Positions 25,327-38,128 of a stretch of DNA of 64,000 nucleotides are shown piece after piece. The DNA is from Lama glama (lineage: Eukaryota): assembly GCA_028534125.1 (NCBI GenBank), contig CM052818.1, forward strand, positions 47,990,001 to 48,054,000. The letters are read 5' to 3'. Position 1 is the first letter of the stretch, and each line of letters begins with the position of its first letter. Made by a program: the position numbers and the translations under genes. Under the pieces are notes generated by a model. The model was not told where the DNA came from. It was given only the letters and a program-made list of their open reading frames with translations, and ran no database searches.

Positions 25327-25689
25327 AGTATCTACAGTTACATAGTACATCATCTCTTGGGTATGGGGGGTACTGAATTCTTAGATTGCTGGGGAAGACA
25401 CAAACACAAAGGATAATTTAGCTGGAGCTGGATCACTGACTTTTTACACTGAGGATATTTTCATGTTTTTTTGTGTTAAAAACGTACAGGCTATAAAAAA
25501 ACTAGTAAGACTTGTACAGAATTTAGAGATATAAACAAGAAAACTATACATTATGTATGAGATCTGAGGTGTGTGGAAGTAACCTGATAATGTCTTCAAG
25601 GGTCAGATTGAGAAGAGCTGGTACCCTAGTCTGTAACCGTAAGTCATCTGGTTTGCTGACGTTTATTGCATTTGCTACATCCCAGGGAT

Positions 25690-25855
25690 TTTTCAAATAT
25701 TTCATTTAATCATCCCAGGGATTTGCAAGTATGGTATTACGGTACCTGTTCTAGAGACAGGACAGCTGAGCCTCGGGGAAAGTAAGTAACTTGACCAAGT
25801 TTACCCCATTGATAAGGGAGGAGCTGGCATTGCACATGCTATTTCTAATGCTCAT
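25690..25855 (-). mobile_element. MIR SINE
   Basis: atttcatttaatcatc...acagctgagcctcggggaaagtaagtaacttgaccaagttta. Confidence 0.7.
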
Positions 25856-26189
25856 GACTTCGCCCCAGATTCCTTTCATCCATCAACAAGGCATCAGCTG
25901 TGTCAACACACGTGGAACCCAGGCAGGCAGAGAGCAAAACTGGGGAGGCTAGACGTAAAGAGATTTTCTTGAATTGATTTTACAGTAGACAGTTCTTGGT
26001 GGCACAGAAAACCACAAAGGAAATGTCGCTTTCCTCACACACACATTCACAAAGCCCACACAGATGGAGAAATGAACAAAGGAACACGTTCTGAGTCGAG
26101 TCAGCAGTAAAGTAGGGCTGCTGCTTCTTGGTTCCCTCGCTCTCTGTTTTCCTTCCTGCTTGCTGGCATTATTTTTTATGAGAGAGAAA

Positions 26190-26600
26190 AATACACCAGG
26201 AAATAAAAATACCGCATTTGGTTAGCGTTTCGTAGCGCACAGATTAGTAAAGAAATGCCTCATGCCTGCGTGCAACTGCTGAAGCTGTAATTGGCCGCAT
26301 GTGGGGTTTGCGCCGTTGGCCCTTTAATAAGGGGGAGACTGGCGTGAGCAGCCCGCTTCCACATGGCGCCGCAGCTTCTGGCCCCAGCATGACCATCATC
26401 AGATGTCTTTTTTGTCCCGGGGCTGGGTGGTCAGGAAACAGGTTCTCCTTGTCTTGTCCTTGAGAGCCGATGCGATCACCAGGTGGCCCTCAATGGCAGG
26501 GATCCAGTAATTTGACATCATTTTTGGCTCGGGATTACTGACAAATTTCTACAAATCTTGATGGTTTCAAAACATGAAAGTAAAATCATGTCACACTGCT
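26190..26600. promoter_or_regulatory. Candidate conserved non-coding/regulatory element
   Basis: No recognisable repeat, CpG-retaining; homeobox TAATTGG (~26288), YY1-like ACATGGCGCC (26361-26370) and CTCF-like TCACCAGGTGGCCC (26476-26489). Confidence 0.4.
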
Positions 26601-28234
26601 AGCTGGAAAGCATGCTTTTCTTTTTGTTATTTTTGCCTCAGTTTATTTTCCAGAATTCTGGAGAACTATGGCTTCTTCCCCTTCATCTTGGTGCGTTCTC
26701 TCTCAGTTACAATGCACAGCAAGATAGCCTCATGAGGATTCTTGTCATAAGCTGTAATTCAAATACATATCTTTGTCTAGAAATGGTGCAAGTTTTAATC
26801 CCTGGTCCAGAAACTGTGAAAGGCCAGCTGTGGCCAGAGTTAAGGCCAACCGAGGAGGAGAACAGTTATTAAAATCCTAAGCATAAGAGAGGTTGTTAAA
26901 ATCTATTAGAAAACAAAGACAATGGCAATAAAAAATGTTGATTTTTCTTTTTACCTAAACATTCTCCAAGAGGTCATGGACTACAGGTGTAATATTGCCT
27001 AATGAGGAAATTTGTTTTGATACAATTTCACATTCTTCTTTTTTTTTTTAGTTCTTCTATAATGTATGGTTGAAGAATTGGGGTGCTGTAAGTACCTAGA
27101 ATGGAGGACAGCCAGCACCGATGTTCCTTGGATTTATCAGTAGTTTGTGATAGAGAACCAATACACAAGCCATGGAGGTCGCACCGACGCAGTCGTGAAA
27201 GGTTTTTGGAAAGAGGGTCTGAGGAGGTGTGCTGCTCTTGTTGCAATATGGTCAGTATTTGGAGTTTCAGTCCCCACTTTTAAACCATTATTCTTCTGAG
27301 ATGGATTCCCTTTATTTCTCACTTGATCATTTGGTGGGCATGAGCAAGGCCAGTGGCAGCTTAATGAGAGTGCTCTGAGCCTTCCACCAGCAAGGCCTGC
27401 TCTCCCGTTCCCCGAAGGCGCTATAGTTGAAATATTTTTGTCTTCTCAACTGCACTTTACAAGGAATAGCACTTTTATTGTCTCATGTTTTATTCATCAA
27501 AAACTATACAACTGCCAATCAAGGCTTCTGATGACAGGAGACTCCCAGGCTACCAGCATGAGGTTGACAACAGCCAGGCAGGGGTGGCTTGTTTTGTGGT
27601 TTGTGGAGGGTTTGGAGCTCAGTCACTTGCTTTGTGGTGTTGGCAAGCTGTTTAACCAATCCGTCTCTCTCTTTCTGTCTGTCTGTCTCTCTTTTCCTCC
27701 CTCTCCCTCGACACTTGTAAAATTCAGTGCTGAGAAGCTGCGAGATTGTTGTAAGCGATGCTGAGACCACAGGGTGGGAGTTATACTTCTAAATAGGACA
27801 AACGCCTGTGCAAAGGGAGAGGAACCTGAGAATTGACATTTAAGCAAGGAGAGCCGCTTATCTACCCAACCCTCTCCTAGCTGACATGAAGCTGATGGTC
27901 CAGATGATGCTGGACAGAAAAATGCGTCAAGGGCACGGCGGCTACACCCAGGGCGGCCATGAGGCTGGAGCACCGGGAAAAAACACAAGGGTGTCGGGTG
28001 CTGTGCAGGGCCACCTAGAGAAACGCACACCCAGTTTACCCATCTCAGAGTTAGGGGGACAGGACCAGACGCTGGAAGTCAACTACACTGCCTCTGGGAG
28101 TTGAGGTCTGGGTTCTCCCCGCAGACATGTACCATTGATTGTGCCAAGAAATATGAGGCAAAGCACAAGGTAGCATGTGTATTTATAGTATTGAACTAGG
28201 GAAATAGTGGCCATAATTGTTTAAACTCCACTAG

Positions 28235-28420
28235 GGACCAGGCCCCCTGATGAGTGCTTTACAAACATTGCCTATTCTAGGCTCACACAAATCCTATTTT
28301 TCAAATAGGAAAAGAGGCTTATAAAGATTAAATGATTATCTCAGTATGTGCAGCTAGAAATTGTCCAAGTTGGGGGTCAGCACTAGGCTCTTTGATGGAA
28401 TAGCCATACATCTTCCAATG
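28235..28420 (-). mobile_element. MIR SINE
   Basis: ccaggccccctgatgagtgctttacaaacatt...cctatttttcaaataggaaaagaggcttataaagattaaatgatt. Confidence 0.6.
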
Positions 28421-31400
28421 CACTACCCCACGTATGCCCCAGGGAGCCGGGAAACCATCGCCCCCTTGTATTTTCATAGCGTGTCACGTACGGATAGTGT
28501 TACATCTACTGTCCAGCATCGCCTTTATACTCTGAAGACATTAGAATGTTTTCTAAAATTAAATGGCAAGTTAAGAGGCTCTTAAGAAAGAGAACGTGGC
28601 CTTGAACTCAAGCTTTCCAAGGCCAGAGCTGTGATGTCTTCACCGTGCGAGCTGTCAGTGGAAACAGTAATCCTCCCAGACTTGAGGGGGCGACAGGCGC
28701 AGACAGGGTCAGCAAGAATCAGCTTCAGGGAGGAGGTGGGCTTGAATTGGCCCAGGAAGTGCACGTGGGGTTTTGTCAGTGAGAGAGCAATGAAGGAAGA
28801 CAAATCAGGAAAAACGCTTCCTCTGCTAGGACTTGCACCAAACATAATTCATAGACGTCTACCTTTTGTATCCATGCTGTGGAAATACCTACAGTTTGAT
28901 GTCTTTATAATGAGGTTATTTTGATACATAAGTAATGAGCTCTCTCAGATAATTTTCAACTTGGGCCTGGCTGTTCTGTCCTTCTTATGACGGAGAGAAG
29001 GGTGCCAACGCAATGAGCACGCCTCGGACAGAGACTTCTCCGCCTTCATTCTGACGTCCTCAAGCCGGACTTCCCAACTGTTTCCTCAGAAGAGCTTCCA
29101 CGCGGGGAAAAGGGAGGTTTTAACCCTGTCTGGAGTGAGGGCCCATGGGGGATGTTGCCTAAACGCAGAGTGTGCCATTTTTATTTTGAGCTTCAGAAAT
29201 TTTGAACACTTTTGTTTTATCTTGTTAAAAATGTGTTTCTCCCAAAAGATTCCTGCATTTGTTTTAATATAAAACATGTTCTTGATTATCATAGATTAAA
29301 ATAATCATTGTGTCCCTGGGGGTGCACTGCTGCAACCTCCCGGGGGGACCCCTCCCCCGCAATCCCAGTGTGACAAGCCCTGTATCTCCAGTGTGACTTT
29401 TAGGTCCTCAGTTTTCATGTGTTCATCCCCCACGCCAACCTTGTGGCAATATGACTCATCGATGTTTGGATAGAAATGAAGGATTGTCTTTTCTTTGGTA
29501 GACAGGGAGTTTCAGCTGGAAAAAAGGCCAAATGGAATTATAACGACATAGTTTTGTGTTCACTGTGCATTTTAAAAGAGTATATACCTTGGCAAGACCT
29601 TGCCACTTGATAACTGTAAGAATTCTTCTGCTAATTGAAGACAGCTTCTAACCTGAAGGACTAAATCTTTTGACGCATTGCTTTCCTCCTGATGTTGCCC
29701 TGTGACCCATCTTCAGGGCTTAGGGTTAATGCCAGTTTCCAAGCACTCTGTCTTGAAGAGGAGCTTCTACTGGGAGCTGCCCACCATCTACTCTGCTTGC
29801 TTTGAGGCTGCATGGCTTTCAAAATAACAAGAGAAGAGGACCATGAGCAAGCCCAGAAAGTCCCTGGTGACTACAGCAAGGAGCCTGGTCTCTCTGGATA
29901 AAGAAATCTATTCAAGAAGGTTTCTTGGCCAGCTCTGGGCCTCTGCCCCTGTTCTCCACACGCCCACAGCTGGACGAAGCAGCGGGCATTGGCTGGCTGA
30001 GAACTCCAGCTGGCTGTCCCTGGGAAAGGCGCGTCCGTGAGCAGCATTTGACCCGCAGCTCCCATGCTAGTCAGGTGCTGTGCTTTCTGAGGATCACCTG
30101 AGGCCATAATTATGAATTGTTTAAGTGGATTTGGTTCAACAACCTTGATGTGTAGAAAACAAATGGAAGGAAAGTACAGTCAGGGGAAAATGGGGGCTGT
30201 TGTTTAGAAGGCCCACGTCAGGAACGCACACAACGGGCACCAGGACCAGGAGGGCCAACGGGAGGCAGAGTGAACCAGTGGAGCGCAGACGACTTCGGAG
30301 GTGCCCTTCGGAGGTGCCCTTTGGAGGAAGAATGGGAGCCACTTTCCTAGCACTTAAGTGTGGGTGGGGTGATGGTGGGGGTGTGCCCAAGGCTGGCTCG
30401 CCTGCCTCCCCTCCCAGAGGTGGCTGCACCCTGACCCTCGCCCTCACCCAGAGTAAAGGCTGAGAGGCAAGCTCCTTCTATCTCTTCTTTGTCAGCATTA
30501 TGCAAAGGTTTCAATCAGGAATTAGTCGTAAGGTGAACAAGCAGATCAAGATATCAGACGGAAACTAAATGACTGGCCGGGTGGAAACCACCAGTTGGGG
30601 CTGACGCCATCAGCTCACTGAGAGACAAGTGTCCTTGGTGAACAGAGGCAAGGTCTGTTAAAGGCTATTTTATTGTTGACAGGAGATTGACTGTTTTGCT
30701 TTCATGAAGACCCTCAGACTCCCCACGCTGCAAGGCAGCGGGATGTGTTCTCGCGTTGCAGCGCGGTGCAGCTGCTTGGAGGGCTACACAGTCGTGAAGC
30801 TCCCGACTTCGTGCGGCTGTGGCGCTGCGTTTTCCAGCTGACGGGCGCGGACCTTGCTCTGGGGAAAGGATGGCGGCTGTTTTCCAAGCTGAGAAACATC
30901 ACCCTGAGTCGCAGGGACTGGTTCAGAGACGGGCAGGTGCTGACTGCCAGGGGCATGTAGCTGTCGAGCCATTGCCAGTCACCTCGGGGCGACAAGACGA
31001 GACGGAGTGGACAGAGCAAAGGCTGGGGATGCAGGGCTAGAAAGACGAGAGAGAACCAGGTTCAAATGACAGTTTCATCAAACTCTGCCCTAAACCAGTT
31101 GCGTCTTAGGACACAAAGGCCAATAGATTACATACACCATTCATGCTAGATCAGACTGCCTTCTTGTGCTATTTGCAACCTAAGCACTCTATCTGATTCG
31201 CTGTAAAATCCTGGCATTTGGAAGTTTCCTTTTAGTGTTTTTGTTTCTGTATAATGAATGGCATTACATGCAATTCCCTTGTAAGCCGTCTCAAAGTGTG
31301 AAGGGGGGAGGTAGCGTGTGACTTTTGTACAGTACTGGGTGACTGACACATTGCTGTGGACTTTACAACTTAAACTGGGTAAGCGAGACATGACACACAC

Positions 31401-31444
31401 AGCACGCACACACACGTGCTGCGTGAGAATGCAGCACAATGCAC

Positions 31445-31570
31445 AGGGCTGGGAGGAACTCGGGCTAGGAACTCTTGGCTCTGCCCCTGATTATTCCCCA
31501 GATCTTGGCAAATTTACTTACAATTCACTTTGGCAAAATTGCTGTAGATTAGATGAATCTTAATATTTCC
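31445..31570 (+). mobile_element. MIR fragment
   Basis: aactcttggctctgcccctgattattccccagatcttggcaaattta. Confidence 0.45.
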
Positions 31571-31904
31571 ATGACGTTTAACCAAGTGGTCTCACACAAA
31601 TGGTCTCATTTAACACTGAACCAGTTCTACAAGACAAGAAAGGGCACTTGTGAAAAATGCAGACTCCCTGGCGGGAGTCTAAGACTGATGACGGCGAATG
31701 TGGGGAGCAGGACGCGGCGACTCGTGTCTGTCCCGTCGCTCCAGGAGACCACTGCGTTCAGGTAGGATGGGGACCCGACAGCACCCATCCTCGGTGTTTA
31801 CCTGACACCCTGTGGTCTTTGCAGCGGCCCTTGGGAGCCCCAGCTCTCCCTGTTCGCACACAGCTGCCTAGGAAAACGCCATCCTTCTCCAGGGCAGGCA
31901 CATT

Positions 31905-32035
31905 GGAACCCCTGGATCCAGCTTTGTCTGAAGCCTTCCTGCCCTTGCATTTTCAAGTTCTGTGAATAAACACATTTCCTTTTTGCTTGATCAGTTTGAA
32001 TCGGGTGTCTATCAGCGGCAGAAAGAGCCTGGCTG
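31905..32035 (+). mobile_element. Old MLT1 (J/K-like) LTR 3' end
   Basis: cccctggatccagctttgtctgaagcc...ttttcaagttctgtgaataaacacatttcctttttgcttgatcagtttgaatcgggt. Confidence 0.7.
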
Positions 32036-32854
32036 TTGTAAGACTACTGGGGGCCCCGTGTGGTCTGCATCCCCCCAGAAACCTGCACCCGCACAGACGT
32101 TTCTTTCTTCCCACTTTTGAGAGTGACCCGTAGTTCTTCCCTGTAGACCTACTCAGTACCTGTTCCTTTTATCTCCGACCTGACAGCCCATTCGGTGGGT
32201 GAACACCTTGCCATGTTTTCTCTAAGTCTGCTCCTTTCCAGGCTAAAAACCGTCAGGAGTTCAGAAAAGAGCAGAAAGACGTGTCTGATGTTGAAGTCTA
32301 CCTCTGCGCGTATCCAGCACTTCTGAGTTATCTCCTAAGGAGCAGATACCAACCTCTTGCAGATATTTAGACATTTCAGTCCCACCTCCTGGCAAATAAG
32401 CTTCTCCTGCCTCAGACAAAATACACATAACTTAGAGAAGTTCTGCGGCAAGAAGGCTGAGCTGTGGCAAACGTTCTGCTCCTTGGCACGTGTGCTCATT
32501 AAGGAACAGGCACATCCAGTCGCAACAAAAGCGGTGCCTCCTACTCCCTGCTTCCTCGAGGAGAAGGTGCCTGCTACGTTTCATTTTGAGGTTTCTGCTC
32601 GAGATGGTTAGTGGCCTCCTAGTGCTTAGTATAATGAAGTTCTGCATTTATGTCTCTGCTGCCTGCACTGAGAGTGCAGAAGCTTTACCAAGTTAAGGCC
32701 ATGTGTCGTCTGTGATACGTAGTGCCTTTGGTCTGAGTCTTTTGCAGTGACTGCGATCTTTTATAGAGAATTTCTGCATTCCTATTCAGACAGCTCTCAC
32801 AACGATGCCAGAACAGTAACTCTGACACCTTTAAGGGCTCACTGGGCAGGGGCC

Positions 32855-33050
32855 AATGTGCCAAGAATGCTATGAATTTTGCTTTATTTAATAACTTCAC
32901 TGACTCCGTGGACAGATATTGTTACCCTCAATGTGCAGATGAGGACCTAGAGGGTCACAGAGCTGAGATTATCTGGCAAGGATGGTTCATAAGCTGGTGA
33001 ATGGAGGAGCCAGACAGGTTCTGATGTATTTCTTTCCCCAGTCTGCCTGC
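32855..33050 (-). mobile_element. MIR SINE
   Basis: atgtgccaagaatgctatg...gatattgttaccctcaatgtgcagatgagga...ggtgaatggaggagccaga. Confidence 0.65.
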
Positions 33051-33382
33051 TCACCCCTCATTGTCCCCCTATGTGTAATTATAGACTAGGGTTTAACTGT
33101 TTGATTCTGACTTTAGCATTTGAGATCGAGAGTCCCTCCTTCCTCTGTTCTAATTCCATCCTCTTCATAGCATATTTAAAACATATTAACAGAAATTTGA
33201 AGTCACAGTTTTCACCTCCCATCCAAGCTCAATCCACGTCTGCCCACGCAGCGTCCTCCCCACCCTGATTCCTCTGTTTCACGAAGGTCATCAGTGACTC
33301 CCTAACATCCAGAGCTTCGTCCAGCGCTCTTTTCCCTTGCCTGTCCTGTCAGGCGAAGGCCTGTCTTTTAAAATAGGAATGC

Positions 33383-33595
33383 TGCCTGTTTCCTGCGGCA
33401 GCTGGGACAAATTTTCACAAATTTGGAGGCTTAAAAGAAGAGATATTTCTTATGTCAGAGTTTTGGAGACCATAAATCCAAAGTCAAGGAGTTGGCAGGA
33501 CCTCCCTCCCTCGGGGGGATCTGCAGAAGAGCCTGTTCTCAGCATCTTCCAACATCTGGTGGCAGACAGCCCTCCTGGGCTTGGGTGGCACCTCC
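33383..33595 (-). mobile_element. MLT1C/D-like LTR fragment inserted in L2
   Basis: acaaattttcacaaatttggaggcttaaaa...agttttggagaccataaatccaaagtcaagg...tcttccaacatctggtggc. Confidence 0.75.
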
Positions 33596-33649
33596 CTTCT
33601 CTGCTTCCTTTACTTCTTCCCTTTCTGGGACTGATCCCGGGTGCTCTGC

Positions 33650-34470
33650 GTGGTGAACTTCTTTCATGCAAAAGGCTGTCCTGGAGTCTTTCCCTGGGCG
33701 GCTGACCTGCGTCTGAAGTCAAGTGCGATGTTTCCCGTTCCCTCAACCCCAGCTTGTTTCTACCGTCTATGGTTTCCATTTCCTCCAGTCGTATTGTCTC
33801 CTGCTGCTCACTTCTCATAGTCAAAGCTTCACCCCCACTTGTGGCTGCATCAGCGTCTTCCCAGCCCTGGTCCTTCCCTCTGGACTCTAAGCCACCACTG
33901 TCAGTGGCCATGTTCCTGTGTAAATACGCTGTTCCTTTGCTCAGTGTGTCATGGTAGTTCCCACCACTCGGCTTGAGAAGATCTCACCAACATCAGTAAC
34001 ACGCAGAGTCTTGCAATCCAGCTCACCCTCTCCGTCTTTCCAGCATCATCCCGGGCACTTCCTCATCTCTTTCATTTCTGCTGTGCGTTAAACATTTCTT
34101 ACGGGTTTGTACATGTACCATTGCCACGGGCGCTCTTTTGACTTCACACAGCCTTTCTTTTTCTCCTCGCTTCTCTCTACATGACAAAGTCCTGCTCTGA
34201 TTTCAGCATTGCTTCAGCGTGGCCTTCCCCTGGACCTTTCTTCTCCCTTTGCATGACCTGGAGAGCAGTTCCACCCTTGCTGGCTCTGCTGCCCTTTACA
34301 GGTGACACCCCTGTTTCAGCACATGCCGCACCAGATTACTGGTTCTTTACACTTACCTGGCTTCTCTCTTGACTAAGATGCTTGCAGAGGCTGAGGCTGT
34401 GTTTCTCCTCATGGGACCCCATTCCTAAGCTGGTGTCGGGTACAGAGATGGCCAAGAGAAAGAAACACAT
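33650..34470 (+). mobile_element. L2 LINE fragments
   Basis: Pyrimidine-rich, with L2 motifs through acaaagtcctgctctgatttcagc...ccttcccctggacc...gactaagatgcttgcagagg...attcctaagctggtgtcgggtacagag. Confidence 0.6.
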
Positions 34471-34959
34471 GACTCAGTGTAGTGCTACCAAGTACGCCTG
34501 TCGTTAAGTCGAATACTTCTGGGCGGCATTTAATTAGACAGTAATTATAATACAGCTTTCGCTACTATTTGCACATTTAGTAGAAAACTTTTGGGCTCTG
34601 CTTCATGGTACTGAATATGTGAGGAAAGGCCCCCCCCCCTCCAGGAACAAGCATGTATTTAATTATTATTTGGCTGGATAAACATAGGTAGATCAATTGC
34701 ACGATTTATCAACTCTTTCTTTTACTTTTTTCCCATTATTTTAGCATCAGCACCTGGTGTTTGTCCTGTTGTTGTGGCTTTTCAACTAGACTGAGTCTAG
34801 TTATCTTATACTATCTGTTACTTCCTTGACTAAAATCTAAGCTCCTAGACAAATGGTCTCATAAGTGGAGTATTTACAGAGGAAAATATTATAACTTTCA
34901 TTTTTACTCACCCATTCATTTATTCTTCCATTTCCTAAAATATATATATACTATTTAAT

Positions 34960-35440
34960 AGTCAATGGCCTAAAATGAATACATTTAGCATGTATAATGG
35001 ATAAAGCACATTAATAAATTAAACACTCCTGAACGTACCAACCAGTCTAACCAGAAGAAAGCCAAGGGCACTGAGAGGCCAGCAGACCCCATCCCTCTAA
35101 TTTCCCTGGAAATAATGAACACAATTGGGTGTTAATCATTCCTTTGTCAATTAAGGATAGTTTTGTGACATATTCATATTTTATTAGACAGCATGTGACT
35201 GCCTTCTCCTTGTTTTTGAATGTTATAAAAATGGCATTATATTATGTGCATCCTTCCACAGCTTACATTTTTAACTCAGTATTCGGTTTCTGAGACTGAA
35301 TGTTTTTGTTACATGTGGCTGTGTTCCAATATTTCTGCCATTGTATAATGCTCAATTTGTGCAAAAATACTATCATTTCTTTATCAGTTCTCTAGTTATT
35401 AGTTTGTGTTTGGTTTTTGTTTCTATTAGAAACATTGATT
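34960..35440 (-). mobile_element. L1ME-type 3' fragment
   Basis: tttttgaatgttataaaaatggcattatattatgtgcatccttccacagctt...tttaactcagtattcggtttctgagac...gtggctgtgttcca. Confidence 0.7.
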
Positions 35441-36034
35441 CTATTAACATTAATAAGAATCAACACATTTTCTAAGCACTGGAACTAATCTTCTTTACAT
35501 TTAATAAATTATTCCATTTCACATAAATTTTATACTTTCTCCATAAATATATTACATAGATTTTTCAAAAAATTATTTTTTAGGTTTTATATATATTGTT
35601 ATCATAAATGTTATTTTTAAAGTTTAAATTGATTTTTCTGTTGGTTCCTGGTAAATGGAAACTCAATTAATTTTGTAAATTATACTTAATATTACCCACT
35701 GAAACGCATCATCAGCGTCAACATTCTAAGTTATTACATAATGAAACTGGAAACCCAGAAGTCGTATTTCCCAAAAAGCGTTGCCAGAAGGTTACTGGAT
35801 AAGATTCTGTGCATAGGAGTGAGCCATCTAAGTGTAAGAGAAGTGAGTGCATCACTTGCTCGCTTGGAAGCCACAGGCAGACATGCACACTTTGCCAGCT
35901 GCTGCGAGCCTCTGAAACTCAGTGCTCTGGTGCTTCCGGAGGCCGAGACCATCAGCGCTGATTTCTGGGTTCCGTAAACTAGAAATGGCTCCCTTGATCT
36001 TTGTTCCCCAGGCCTTTCAGTGCCTTCATAAGCT

Positions 36035-36484
36035 TCTGTTGTTCTGCAAAAACATGTTGAAGTCCTAACCCCTAGTATCTGAGAATGAGACTTTATTTGG
36101 AAATAGGGTCCTTGTAGGTGTAATTAAATAAGATGAGGTTATACTGGGAATGGGGTGGGCCTAAAACCAACATGACTGGAATCCTTACAAGAGGAGAAGA
36201 AACACAGAGTCAGACAAAGGCGCACAGGGAAGAAGTCCATGTGAAGACAGAGGCGGAGATTGGAGCGGTGCATCTAAGCCCAGGAATGCCACGGATTGCC
36301 ACAACCACCAGAAGCTAGGAGACACAAGGGAAGACTCTTCACAGGGCCTTCAGAGAGAACACGGCCCAGCTGATGATTTGATTTTGGAATTACAGCCCCC
36401 AGAACTGCAAGAGAATGCATTTCAATTGTTTTAGGCCACCTTGTTTGTGGTAAACTGTTACAACAGCCCCAGGAGACAGATACG
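36035..36484 (+). mobile_element. MLT1C-like solo LTR (near full length)
   Basis: atgttgaagtcctaacccctagtatc...tttatttggaaatagggtc...ccatgtgaagacagaggcggagattggag...accaccagaagctagg...ttgttttaggccacc...gttacaacagccccaggagacagatac. Confidence 0.9.
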
Positions 36485-36499
36485 GCCTCAGTTCTTTGA

Positions 36500-36970
36500 A
36501 TTAAACTATTTTCTGTTTGAAATATGTACAGCAGTTTATTTTCCCTGGTAGAATGCTGATATATCAACTTCATACCTTCCAACTCACTATGTTTAGTGTA
36601 AGTTAACAATTTGTGTATGATATCTTTTTGGCTTTTTCTTTAGCAACCATATTCTCTTCCTACTACTTTGACTTTGACTTTTTTCTTGTCCTATTGCACT
36701 GGTGAGAACCACCATTGTAGTACCGAATAGCAACATGGTAATTCTTGCCTTATTCCTGCTTTTAAAGTAAACCTGCCAAATATTTTGGTGTGAATGATGG
36801 TATTTTTGGTAGAGTTTTGGTAGATTCGTTTTGCCAGGTTAAGGGCATTGTCTTTATTCTTTATTTGTTAAGATTTAAAACAAACAAAAAATGGGGTTTA
36901 ATTGTATCAAATTATTGTTCTGCAATTATTGGAACAAAGTTGTTTTTAACCAGTTAATGTGAGTTTTATT
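36500..36970 (-). mobile_element. Decayed L1 ORF2 fragment (probably continues at ~35560-35730)
   Basis: tcttgtcctattgcactgg...ttcttgccttattcctgcttttaaag...ttttggtagattcg...ccaggttaaggg...aattgtatcaaat. Confidence 0.7.
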
Positions 36971-37139
36971 CACGATAAGCCACCTTTGATGCCCACATAG
37001 CAACAGACGCAGCCTATACCAGTGTACCCCGTATACTAAGGATGTCTTCTTCTCCCACGTGTTTCCCCTTTCAGATGAGCCTCAGCTCTTTACTCAAGAG
37101 GAAGCAGAGAGTGAACGCCACAGACAGACTAAAGTTTGC

Positions 37140-37292
37140 CAAGTTCCAGCTCTTGTCCTTAGCTTCTAATTTATCGTCTGATGATAGTAGTTTAAATTTT
37201 CTGGGATTATTGTGAAGATTAAATGAGTGGAAGTCCTCAAAGCAGTACTTGACTCCCAGTAAGTGTGACATAAATGCAAGGAAACTTACCAT
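37140..37292 (+). mobile_element. MIR SINE
   Basis: ggattattgtgaagattaaatgagtggaag...aaagcagtacttgactcccagtaagtg. Confidence 0.6.
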
Positions 37293-37837
37293 TAATCAGT
37301 GCTATTGTATGTGGCCCCAGTGCGATGACAACTACAAAGTGAACAGAGCCACTGAAAGCACGCGATGGCACTTAGTTATAATATGGTCTTTGAGATGATC
37401 CAAAAGACGCTTTTTATCATTCTTAGATGAATATTAAAATAAAAACATGTAATTAAAAAGTGTATTTTCTTAAACATATTTATTGGAGCACAAAGAGTAC
37501 ATCCTTGTTCTCCTGGGACCAAAGATATCACCTGGAAAAATATTAGTCCAGAAAACAGGGACCACAATGATGCAGCATCATACACGCCCGGTGCCCAGCA
37601 CTGTGCCATGCGTACAGTGTGGCGCTAAGAGCAAGTGCAGGAGCAGTGCAGGCGCTGAATCCACGTTACATTCAGTGTGTTCTGGTAGGCCAGAAGTCTG
37701 TTGTCATTTAGCTCCTTTGAATTTTTTACATGTGTCTTTGTTAATTTCACAAAAATTTTGTCTGATTTTGATGATCTCAGTGTGAAGGTAAAATTTAAAA
37801 TAAATTTATAATTCAGTACAATTTTTAAAATATATTA

Positions 37838-38128
37838 GGGATGAGAAGGGTAAATTGGGAGTTTGGGATTGATGGATACACACTACTATGTACAGAATAG
37901 ATAAACGACAAGGTCCTACTGCATAGCCCAGGGAACTATATTCAATGGCCTGTAATAACCTGTAATAAATAAGAATAGGAAAAATAATATGTATATACAG
38001 AACTACTACACATATATGTATATATACACATGTATCTGTATATATGTATAAGTGAATCACTATGCTGTACACCAGGAAAAATACAACATTGTAAATCAAC
38101 AACTGAAAATTAAAATAAAAATAAAAAA
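37838..38128 (+). mobile_element. Artiodactyl/camelid L1 3'-end fragment with poly-A tail
   Basis: aaattgggagtttgggattgatggatacacactac...gatagataaacgacaaggtcctactgcatagcccagggaactatattcaat...gaatcactatgctgtacacc...acattgtaaatcaac plus A tail; approximate TSD aaaatatattagg / aaaacatattaag. Confidence 0.9.

Noticed and set aside
26653..26735. Peptide ILENYGFFP resembling P-type ATPase ENGFLP
   Set aside because: A short chance similarity followed by an in-frame stop, with no other ATPase sequence nearby.
31583..31760. Possible MER5-type element (also ~54400-54480)
   Set aside because: Only a short stretch (cttgtgaaaaatgcagactccc) resembles the consensus, which is too degenerate to call without an HMM search.
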